The notes beneath the pieces are model-generated. The model was not told the origin of the DNA, searched no databases, and worked only from the letters and a program-made list of their open reading frames with translations. A DNA stretch of 64,000 bases, from positions 160,001 to 224,000 of the IMG/VR virus record IMGVR_UViG_3300001528_000425; one strand, given 5' to 3'. Position numbers and translations under genes: made by a program. The DNA comes from a virus. Lineage: Duplodnaviria; Caudoviricetes. This document shows, one piece after another, positions 51,405 through 59,776 of the stretch (within the stretch, counting starts at the first letter, position 1; each line of letters starts with the position of its first letter).

Positions 51405-53015
51405 TCAGTGGACTTCTCCATCTGACGATTGCAGAGCTTTCTCGACGAAGATACACATCCCAGTGATCATATTCGGATCATTGACGATGCGTTTGCCGTT
51501 GAGTTCTTCTTCTCCCATGAGATCCCAGAGATATGTGGGAGTGTTGTAGACGTAGATCTTACCGACCAAGTCAGCGACGATCTCCTCCACTTCTTGATCC
51601 CACTCACGTCCATTAGAACTTGCCGGAGATAATTCGATCTTTTGTTTGACGTTCCGATAGGCGAAGGAGTTGCCGTAATTCAGTCGCAGCAACGTATCCT
51701 CCTGTGTTTCCTGTGTCCTTGCTGTCAGAGCAGGTTGGGCCGTCAGGATATGACCAAACTCTTTGAATCCCTGTGAAAACACGATCATCTGCAACAAACA
51801 AATGATCCGAGTATATTCAGGAGCTTGCAGATACTGGACACCACGTCCACCACCGAAATCCCTCGCAAAGAAACTTCCGGCTACGAACTTATTGATCGGA
51901 GTCGGGTAGATCGGATGCTTCAGGAAATACTCGTAGCAAGCATTGAACTCGTCTTTGGCGATATCGAACATCATGCAATACTTGTAGATGGTCGGTTCTA
52001 CCGCAACACTGACGATCATCGGGATGTCCATCGTCTTCGCGGTAGGTACGCTGTCAACTTCAAGCTGAGCAACATTACCAACATCATCACTACCCGCAGC
52101 CGCTCCGAACGGAATGCGAGTCTTGACCTGGTTCTTATTGGCGGAGCTATCTTGAGTCCCAACCAGCGTTCTGGCGATAGAATCGCAGAACCGCATGATA
52201 TTGCTATCATCGTAACACAGGTCGATGTTGATGAAGTTACGAACCAGGAGATTCGCATAGATACTGGTTGTTCTCGTGGAAATCGTGAATCCACTGAACA
52301 CTGCAGCCGGATTCTCCTGACCACAGCATCCACGTACCGTATGCTGCAGATAATGCTGGAACTTGATCATTAGATCTTTGAAGGAATGTTCCAACAAAGG
52401 TTTCATGATAACAGCACATCGCATCTCTCTGTCGAACGGTTGGTGTTCTTTGCCATCTTCTCCAACGATATTCGGCATCTTGCTCATCAGCCCACCGAAG
52501 ATCGGAATCAGAAGTTTGCACAGAAGTGCCACCACAATGAGTCTTCTCATCTCCGGTGGATGAAACGTCAGTTCAGCAGTATCTTGAGGACGCGTTCCCA
52601 CTTCCGTGGTATCATCCATCTTGATGAACTGATGGGAATACTTGTCGAACAGATTGATCAGATCCAACTCGAATACCAGAGACATGAAGAATGCCCCAAG
52701 TTCTTTGAGTAACTGATCTTCTTCTCTTCGATTCCCATCAACAGGCATCCGTTCGATAACCATGCGTTGCATGGTAGCGAATGCTTTGGCGAACGTCACC
52801 AGCTGTTCATCATTCAACTGAGTTAATACCCAATTGCTGGCTCCAAACAAGGCGTTCCAGATGGTCGGATCACCGCCATCTTTATCCAGTTTCTTGTACG
52901 TTCTGGTCTGCCAGATCAGCCAGGGCTCGATGATCTTCCTTTCAGGAACATCGAGGTTCTCGAAATCGAGTTTGACTCGATACGATTTGTCCACGAATAC
53001 AGGTTTAAATTGCAT
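51405..53015 (-). CDS. putative sigma-like nvRNAP promoter-specificity subunit (phiKZ gp68-like)
   Basis: DTAELTF....RRLIVVALLCKLLIPIFG helix recalled from gp68 homologues; about 536 aa; early promoter and AGGAGG RBS before MQFKPV. Confidence 0.6.
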   Translation of the reverse strand: MQFKPVFVDKSYRVKLDFENLDVPERKIIEPWLIWQTRTYKKLDKDGGDPTIWNALFGASNWVLTQLNDEQLVTFAKAFATMQRMVIERMPVDGNRREEDQLLKELGAFFMSLVFELDLINLFDKYSHQFIKMDDTTEVGTRPQDTAELTFHPPEMRRLIVVALLCKLLIPIFGGLMSKMPNIVGEDGKEHQPFDREMRCAVIMKPLLEHSFKDLMIKFQHYLQHTVRGCCGQENPAAVFSGFTISTRTTSIYANLLVRNFINIDLCYDDSNIMRFCDSIARTLVGTQDSSANKNQVKTRIPFGAAAGSDDVGNVAQLEVDSVPTAKTMDIPMIVSVAVEPTIYKYCMMFDIAKDEFNACYEYFLKHPIYPTPINKFVAGSFFARDFGGGRGVQYLQAPEYTRIICLLQMIVFSQGFKEFGHILTAQPALTARTQETQEDTLLRLNYGNSFAYRNVKQKIELSPASSNGREWDQEVEEIVADLVGKIYVYNTPTYLWDLMGEEELNGKRIVNDPNMITGMCIFVEKALQSSDGEVH

Positions 53016-53058
53016 GCACGACCTCCTAAGTTGATTGTGAGTTCTACTCATCAATTAA

Positions 53059-53069
53059 GTAATATATGC
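53059..53069 (-). promoter_or_regulatory. early promoter motif
   Basis: GCATATATTAC. Confidence 0.75.
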
Positions 53070-53168
53070 ATATAGCTAGAATGAGAGAGGACTCACAGCT
53101 ATCTCCACTATGTTCAAGGTGCAGTTGCAACCTTGATCTGTACCTATAGGTTATTCCCAAAAAATAAA

Positions 53169-53202
53169 AAGTTACGGGTCGGTGATTAGCCGCCCGTAAC
53201 TT
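53169..53202 (-). terminator. intrinsic terminator
   Basis: AAGTTACGGG...CCCGTAACTT stem, TTTTTATTTTTT tail on -. Confidence 0.85.
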
Positions 53203-53213
53203 CTTGTAGATAA

Positions 53214-54092
53214 TTATACGATTGATTTGGTCCTGGCAGCAGCTACACACGCCGCTTGAATCGCATCCTCATAAGGAATATCGGCTTTGGTCAAATTTGG
53301 TTTCATGAGATCCCATGAAAGCATCGACCGAAGTGTCAAAATCAACGCAATGTGAAAATGACGATAATCTTCCGGACGATTGACCGTCTCGGCATAGCTA
53401 AATTCTGTGCTATCGTACAACGATTTGTATTCCTCCATAGCGGGATCATGATGCAACTTATGACGAATGGTCTTGAATAAGTAGCGACGAAGTGGTATCA
53501 TCGTCGTGTTCTTATCGCGGGCACGTGCACCTGTCGCCATTTCATTGAACCATCGAATCACCTCCAGCCACAACGAAGGATCGCGTTCGCGCAACCAGGA
53601 ACAAGCATCCAGTGTGGAAGTGAGGAACGGCTCCAGGAATCGTAGGCGAAGCTGCAATTGTATCATGTAAATAGAAAGCAGCTGATCATCCAGGGATTCA
53701 CCTGAATCGACAATTGCTTGAGTCAGTAAAACCGCTGATGACGTTTGAGCCGGAATCAGCGGATAGAATGTCGAATCTATAAGCTTCGATAGATATGTCA
53801 GTAGCTGATACATCTCCTCGGCTACGCGATCCAACGGAAAGTCTGCGAGAAGCGATATTTCCTGCAAATATTGCTTGATGTGCAATATCTTACCTTCCAA
53901 TCTCTCACGTGTCTGAACGTCCAAATCAGCACAGAGCATGTTCAGGAAAGTCGTTTCTCCGTTTATGATAAGCTCGGATGGTATATTGGTTCTGAATCCG
54001 AACATTCGCAACTCTCGAGCATAGTTCCATGGACGCCCAGTTGGCACATATGCTATTACACCTTTCTTCCGATCGTGACTGTAATGAAACAT
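53214..54092 (-). CDS. hypothetical protein
   Basis: GGAG RBS; tightly packed operon. Confidence 0.7.
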   Translation of the reverse strand: MFHYSHDRKKGVIAYVPTGRPWNYARELRMFGFRTNIPSELIINGETTFLNMLCADLDVQTRERLEGKILHIKQYLQEISLLADFPLDRVAEEMYQLLTYLSKLIDSTFYPLIPAQTSSAVLLTQAIVDSGESLDDQLLSIYMIQLQLRLRFLEPFLTSTLDACSWLRERDPSLWLEVIRWFNEMATGARARDKNTTMIPLRRYLFKTIRHKLHHDPAMEEYKSLYDSTEFSYAETVNRPEDYRHFHIALILTLRSMLSWDLMKPNLTKADIPYEDAIQAACVAAARTKSIV

Positions 54093-54093
54093 G

Positions 54094-54630
54094 TTAATTC
54101 TCCAAGTTAAGGTTACGTGGATCGATCCCGATCAAACTGGAATCAGATTGGTAACTTTGTTTGGTTTTGGTTGCAATATAGAAGGATTGTTCCTGAACAC
54201 CGAGATCTGGATACAACCCTCCATATTGCGCAGCGAAGTTCTTAGCCGCACGATAGAACCCAAGAGCTTCTTGATAGCTCATCGTAGAGATAAAGAACCG
54301 CTTATGAGAATCCCCGTAAGTATACTCATCAACGACCCATCTATGAAATGAGTCAGCTGGTGGTTTATCCTTCACACCAAGGCCTTGAAACAAATGTTGC
54401 AAAGACACTCGAAAGGAATGTGTACAGGTACGGCAGAGGAACTTATGATCAGCACGAAAACTTTCAACAGTTCCTACTACCAGATAATCCGCTGGTGTAT
54501 GTTTACCTTTTTCCAGACATCGAACACATAGTTCATCTCCGTGGATGACAACTGGATCAACATCTGGACCAAAGTTAAAACTAGAACCAACGGACGTGCA
54601 GATGGTTGTTATAATTTGACCTTCTCTCAT
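54094..54630 (-). CDS. hypothetical protein with CxxC pairs
   Basis: CVRC, CRTC; ATGA overlap with upstream stop. Confidence 0.65.
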   Translation of the reverse strand: MREGQIITTICTSVGSSFNFGPDVDPVVIHGDELCVRCLEKGKHTPADYLVVGTVESFRADHKFLCRTCTHSFRVSLQHLFQGLGVKDKPPADSFHRWVVDEYTYGDSHKRFFISTMSYQEALGFYRAAKNFAAQYGGLYPDLGVQEQSFYIATKTKQSYQSDSSLIGIDPRNLNLEN

Positions 54631-55025
54631 GGATGTAATGTCCTATCGAAGTATCGAGCATCTCTGATATCACCGGAACGCAACGACCGATATGAAAATG
54701 TTTTCAATCCATTCATGTAGACTTGATCGAACGTGTTCCGGACCAATTCCGTCGATCGTTCATCTAGTTCTACACATACCGGATTACGCCCACGTGACCG
54801 GTTGTACTGCTCCTTGATTTTTACAGCCTCTTTTACCAAAAACTTGTGGATATCGTCGGTGTTTTTACAGGCATACAGAGCTTCGATCTGATCTTCTGTA
54901 AAAGACCATGAAGCCCAAGTATCCGGATCATCACCAAGAATTTCCACAGTTCCGTAATAAGCATAATGAAGGAGGTTCCAGTTGATCGTCCGAATCGTAT
55001 GAATGACATCAAAGGGCTGATTCAT
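54627..55025 (-). CDS. hypothetical protein
   Basis: GAGG RBS; coupled to neighbours. Confidence 0.65.
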   Translation of the reverse strand: MNQPFDVIHTIRTINWNLLHYAYYGTVEILGDDPDTWASWSFTEDQIEALYACKNTDDIHKFLVKEAVKIKEQYNRSRGRNPVCVELDERSTELVRNTFDQVYMNGLKTFSYRSLRSGDIRDARYFDRTLHP

Positions 55026-55458
55026 TGGATGACCTCACGATCTTCCGATACAGTAAGTTCCGCTCTTCACCTGGATACAGCTTGGGTATCGACGTCAGTT
55101 TCCAGCAGGGATTGTCCAAATCACCTGGAATTCCATCTGCCGTGCCAACGATATTTCCTTCATTGGTCGTTACATAGAAGCTAGTCCAATCGATCCGCTC
55201 GTCGTACGTACAGTATTTGAATTCGATCCACTTATAACCTGGAAATAGTGGCCAACATATTCTCTTGTCTTCATTGATCTTGTTGAGAAGATCAGTTGCG
55301 TTATGTGCTACAATCGTAGTTGCGAGTGAATCATCAAGCTCTTTTCTCCAGAACCTGAATCGTAACGGACGACGAATGATATTGTGGAAGCATGGTTCAC
55401 CTTCAACGTCACGCAGAAGATCAGTGAGATGCTCTTTTGAGAAGTCTGAATTTGTCAT
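55009..55458 (-). CDS. hypothetical protein
   Basis: GGAGG RBS before MTNSDF; YDERIDW...V.....G pattern. Confidence 0.65.
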   Translation of the reverse strand: MTNSDFSKEHLTDLLRDVEGEPCFHNIIRRPLRFRFWRKELDDSLATTIVAHNATDLLNKINEDKRICWPLFPGYKWIEFKYCTYDERIDWTSFYVTTNEGNIVGTADGIPGDLDNPCWKLTSIPKLYPGEERNLLYRKIVRSSNESAL

Positions 55459-56191
55459 GATGTTTCCTCCAATTCTGGTACAGGTGTTCGTGTTGCTTAA
55501 TACCGGTCTTATCGATGGATTTAAAGTAGGCATGCCAATCAACCGGTCTGTAAGTGTGTTGAATTTCGACGATGTATGCGGTAATATCTTCAACTCTCAT
55601 GGTAGAGAGATACTGCTCACGTTGTTTCAGTTCTTCCTTGAACGTATCCAGATAGAGTTGAGGGAATTCCCTGTCTGCATGTAACCGATCACCCATTCTG
55701 GAGATCAATTGCACAGCAGTTTCTTCTGGAGTTGTAACCTCTTTCTCTTCTAAGAGATACAGAATACCTCTAAGTACACAACGTGCATCGGCGTTGGGTA
55801 ACCCAGCATCCGCACATGCGATGATCTCGTCGTCGATAGTAGGCCAAGGAGTACCGAGATGTTTTCGTTTCATCTCCTTACTGGAATTCCGATGGAAGAG
55901 GATCGTATGTACGATCGTGTCGACTTCCTCTTCAGAATACCCAAGCTGTTTACATTCAACTTCAGCGATGAATGCACTGGTGTACTCGTGTTCCTTGGGA
56001 AATAGCTTATGACCACTATCGTGGAAAGCAATGTATGCAAGCTCCACATCTGACAGTTTTCGCTTGAGACAGCGCATAGCAACTGTCATGGATTCTTCGA
56101 TATGATTCCAGCCATGCGAGCCATACGGCGGATAGTAGAGTTTGGCACGTTCAATCACGTACTCTCTATTGATCTTCGGCTTTGTTGTCAT
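55421..56191 (-). CDS. HD-domain phosphohydrolase
   Basis: HGWNH, AFHDSG, EHE, FHR, CAD: HD metal-binding set. Confidence 0.85.
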   Translation of the reverse strand: MTTKPKINREYVIERAKLYYPPYGSHGWNHIEESMTVAMRCLKRKLSDVELAYIAFHDSGHKLFPKEHEYTSAFIAEVECKQLGYSEEEVDTIVHTILFHRNSSKEMKRKHLGTPWPTIDDEIIACADAGLPNADARCVLRGILYLLEEKEVTTPEETAVQLISRMGDRLHADREFPQLYLDTFKEELKQREQYLSTMRVEDITAYIVEIQHTYRPVDWHAYFKSIDKTGIKQHEHLYQNWRKHHDKFRLLKRASH

Positions 56192-56248
56192 ATACTCCTA
56201 TCTCCTTAGTTAATTAAGTTAATGTATAAGTTAGTTATATTCGTTAAA

Positions 56249-56259
56249 GTAATATATAC
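56249..56259 (-). promoter_or_regulatory. early promoter motif
   Basis: GTATATATTAC. Confidence 0.75.
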
Positions 56260-56262
56260 ACG

Positions 56263-56302
56263 AACTAGAGACCGGGTGGAATATTCCACCCGGTCTCTAG
56301 TT
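56263..56302. terminator. 40-bp perfect palindrome
   Basis: AACTAGAGACCGGGTGGAAT|ATTCCACCCGGTCTCTAGTT after stop at 56309. Confidence 0.75.
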
Positions 56303-56308
56303 GTCGAT

Positions 56309-57679
56309 TTATTTGTAAGGATGATCCAACCAGGTGTGATCCATGACGGACATCTGTGCTCCAGTTAGGATAGTCTGGATATACGGATGGTTCGCCACCG
56401 TTACCGGTTGCCAAAATCCCGTAGCATTGGTTACCGATGTTGCCGTATTGGGGAACTCGATCGGGGACCAACGCTTGTCATAGTTGTAATACGCCAGCTG
56501 ATTCGTGAAATTCAAATTAACGAATCGTCCGATCGCAGCTGTCGATTCTCCAGTGATCACATTCGAGTAGAACGTATGTGCATGCCGATATCTCGGAATG
56601 TACACTGTACCTCCATTGATGTTAGCGATGGAAGTGGTTGCTGCTTGTGCGGAAGTCAGACCAGGATTCGTGGTCTTGATCTCACTGGCATCTCGGTTCG
56701 GAGGAAGACTCACCTTACGAACTCCATTTTCGATCATGAGTTGTGGTGCGATGTCTTCCCATTTAGTGAAAGCCACCAACTGCCATTGATTACCGATATT
56801 GTACAACCATACCTCATCGCGACCTTGTACGTAATTGTAATTGTAGGAATAATCCCCAGAAATAGTCGGAGAGTTAACTCTGGTGGCATTGTATCGGCAG
56901 TATCCAGAAGTAGCTGCTCCAGTTACCGAGTACTTGTAACACGTACGAGTAACTTTTACTCCATTCACCGTAGGTGTATCCGTCGTTCTGGCGTACAGAA
57001 AATAATCTGTCTGATAATTGGCACGTCCAGTAGCGTTATAAGGTCCACTCGTCTGGAACATTTCACGATACAGCATCCGGAGACGAGCACCGTCTTTATC
57101 AAGGATGCAGTTCCCAGGAAACCCTCTGGTTCCAAGATGTCGGCAAGCCATGTTGGAAGTTGGTGTAAATACCAGTTTCAGATATTCTGTAGTTGGAGTT
57201 GACACGAATGGCACGAAATACATACGACAGCAGATCATGTCATTGGCTGCACCGTATCGGACGTACCATGGATGCGTGGCGCCTCTGACAGGTACGATGG
57301 TGGTACCCAAGTTAATTCCGTCATCGGCATTTGCTGACAGGATGAACTTGTCATAGTCATACATGTTGTTCGTGGAGGTGATCGCCTCAAACAAAGTAGA
57401 AGCCATCAACAAGTAATCGCAGTCATTATCGTTATGACCTGCGTGAAAGGTAAAATAAATGTATCCATCAGCCATGGTACGGTAGACATACGCAAGACTT
57501 GCAGAGTTACCGGGACCGAGCGTGTACTCTTTAGCACGTGCCCAGTCTGGCGTGGTATTCACGAGTTCAGACTTCAGAGCGTACTGAGGATGTTCGTGAA
57601 CTGTAGGAGCGAAAGTCTTGTGAAGCCAATCTTGGAATTCAGCGGATACCGCGAGTATACGATTGGGGAAGAGTGCCAT
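56309..57679 (-). CDS. tail-fibre/receptor-binding-like protein
   Basis: MALFPNRI...F..WL..TF...HEHPQY N-terminus with HxH; Tyr/Thr/Asn-rich beta body. Confidence 0.6.
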   Translation of the reverse strand: MALFPNRILAVSAEFQDWLHKTFAPTVHEHPQYALKSELVNTTPDWARAKEYTLGPGNSASLAYVYRTMADGYIYFTFHAGHNDNDCDYLLMASTLFEAITSTNNMYDYDKFILSANADDGINLGTTIVPVRGATHPWYVRYGAANDMICCRMYFVPFVSTPTTEYLKLVFTPTSNMACRHLGTRGFPGNCILDKDGARLRMLYREMFQTSGPYNATGRANYQTDYFLYARTTDTPTVNGVKVTRTCYKYSVTGAATSGYCRYNATRVNSPTISGDYSYNYNYVQGRDEVWLYNIGNQWQLVAFTKWEDIAPQLMIENGVRKVSLPPNRDASEIKTTNPGLTSAQAATTSIANINGGTVYIPRYRHAHTFYSNVITGESTAAIGRFVNLNFTNQLAYYNYDKRWSPIEFPNTATSVTNATGFWQPVTVANHPYIQTILTGAQMSVMDHTWLDHPYK

Positions 57680-57765
57680 TGAATAACCTCATAGGTTGGA
57701 TTGATTTTCTCTAACATGCTACATAGCATGTTAGAAACACAGTTAAAACCAGGAGATTTCACTTC

Positions 57766-58434
57766 ATGGCTAACTTTCCAGAACGACTTATCCAACTATC
57801 AACCTCGTTCACAACTTGGTTGCAGAATAATTTCTCCAATATCAATCACAATCACGATGGTCGATATGCTCTTCTTAACCACGAACACGACAACATCATC
57901 AGTGGCGTCCCAGACTATGCAAGACAGTATAGAGTACGTACCAACGATATCACCACACAAGGTAGGATAGCGACCGACCCTGTACGGCAAGTTATACGTC
58001 CGGTGACAGGTTGCTATCTTCTATGTACCATATATGGAAGTTCCAATACTGAATCAGACCGAATAATCGAATGGTCTCCTAACATAAATCGCACTGTTAT
58101 CATGCCGTGCAGTAACTCCAATGGAGAGAAGAATCCGTTCCGTAAGCTGCTTGATGCTATGCAGGCGATAGAACCATTGTACAGATGCTTACACTTCAAT
58201 GATGTGGTCAGCATGGTGTTGCCGTTGTCACCTGGATTCTACTATCATGCAAGGGTAGGTAGCGTCAACTCGAATAACGAAAATACGGATGCGGTCCAGA
58301 TGTACCTGCTTCCTCCATATGGAAGATCTGTAGGCAAGTTGGCAGAGTTGTACGATGTTACGGTGAGTTTCAATAATAAAGCTCAATTTCTTAGCTATAT
58401 CTACAGTAACAAAACTGCAGATGTAAATATTTAG
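57766..58434 (+). CDS. tail-fibre-like paralogue
   Basis: MANFPERLI...F..WL..NF...HNHDGRYALLNHEHD; AGGAG RBS. Confidence 0.6.
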   Translation: MANFPERLIQLSTSFTTWLQNNFSNINHNHDGRYALLNHEHDNIISGVPDYARQYRVRTNDITTQGRIATDPVRQVIRPVTGCYLLCTIYGSSNTESDRIIEWSPNINRTVIMPCSNSNGEKNPFRKLLDAMQAIEPLYRCLHFNDVVSMVLPLSPGFYYHARVGSVNSNNENTDAVQMYLLPPYGRSVGKLAELYDVTVSFNNKAQFLSYIYSNKTADVNI

Positions 58435-58446
58435 TGTATAAAGAAA

Positions 58447-58484
58447 CTAGTTAGGAGAGAGGGATGTCCCTCTCTCCTAACTAG
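58447..58484. terminator. hairpin between convergent genes
   Basis: CTAGTTAGGAGAGAGGGA/TCCCTCTCTCCTAACTAG; TTTCTTTAT tail on -. Confidence 0.85.
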
Positions 58485-58487
58485 GAT

Positions 58488-59692
58488 TCAACGAACTTTT
58501 GAAAGTCCTTTGTTGCATTGTTCAAGCAATGGTAACATCTTGTTGACAAGAGCACAAGCGTCGGCGTAGCGACGTGAAATAGGAGTCACGAATCTTGCTG
58601 AATGCAATCCAAGATGATCGTAGGTAATGTATTCTGGACGTTTCGCTGCAGGTCCAAACACAAGTTTATCCTGACGATAAGCTTCATCAAGCGTCAGGAA
58701 GTGCTCATTTCGAATAAAGATCTTAAGAGTGGACTCGTTAACATCCAAGCATTTAAGCTTATCTTTCTGATCGAGCACCCATTCCTTAAATGCTGGAGCT
58801 AAGATCAACTTGTCACGAGATGCCGTTAGTTGTTCCACAAAACCGAGCACTTCTTCAAGTCCCGCTGGAGTAACCCAAGCTGGCAATGCGATCGAAGCCT
58901 TGGAATTAAGAACAGTCTGCAGTCTCTGATGCTTGTTGATGTACTTAATAACGACATTCTCGTAATTGACGGTAAGCTGTCGGATCACAGCTAAACAATC
59001 ATAAAGAGCCTTAGAGTAAACCTGCAATGTCCTGGTTCCGTCTTTGTGAGATAGCTTTCCACGGGTAGAATTAATCGCATCACTGATTGCATTGTAATGC
59101 TTAGTTCACGTTTGTCGGAAATTGTCACAACCTGTGGATGATCCTGCGATTTATCCACAGCCTCGTCTACTGCAGCATGAATTACTTCCTTCGCAGGTAC
59201 CACTTCATTCACACCGGAAGGGGCTTTTGAAATAGCACAGCCGTCCAATATAGTTCTAGTGATAGCGTGATCACGAACATTATCGGCTAACAAATATCCT
59301 TCATTGCCTTCCGTGACTTCTCCCTTTCTCGGGTTTTCCAGGAGACGAAGATATTCTCCTCCGGCGGACCTTACGAACATCATCCGCATGCGAACCACTT
59401 TGTCTGTAATGTAGCCGATGATCGCACGAATGATCCTTACGATCTCTTTCAATGCAGCCTTAGCTATTTTACCAGCAGTGCTCCAAAATCCCTCCTGAGA
59501 AGCAACTAGTTCGTACTGCAACTGATGTTGTATAAGAAACTGTTCGAACGCTTCCACGTTCTGATCTGTCAGACCGAATTGACAAACACTGGCTTCAATC
59601 AGTCTCCATTTATCCAAATCTTGCAATAACGATGATTCGTCTAGTTCAGGGAAAGGCAAACCATCCACAGGAATAGGACAAGCTATTCTCAT
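58488..59692 (-). pseudogene. putative virion head protein split by 1-nt frameshift near 59036
   Basis: MRIACP...ASQE|G ORF and 58488..59027 ORF join as TETRTLQVYSK if one A is added; second ORF has only a TTG start. Confidence 0.55.
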
Positions 59693-59734
59693 TTCAACAT
59701 ATTCTCCCAATATGCATTACAAAGTTAAAGAAAA

Positions 59735-59769
59735 GAACACTAGGGGAATCTTTCTTCCCCCTAGTGTTC
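59735..59769 (-). terminator. intrinsic terminator
   Basis: GAACACTAGGGG/CCCCTAGTGTTC then TTTTCTTT on -. Confidence 0.8.
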
Positions 59770-59776
59770 ACACAAG

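Noticed and set aside
56309-58434. Invertible tail-fibre switch between the divergent paralogues
   Set aside because: No recombinase in the window and nucleotide identity of the 5' ends is too low to act as crossover sites; each gene has its own start.
3826-59710. Stop-codon reassignment as cause of broken genes
   Set aside because: Breaks are frame changes or introns, and long genes translate fully with the standard code.
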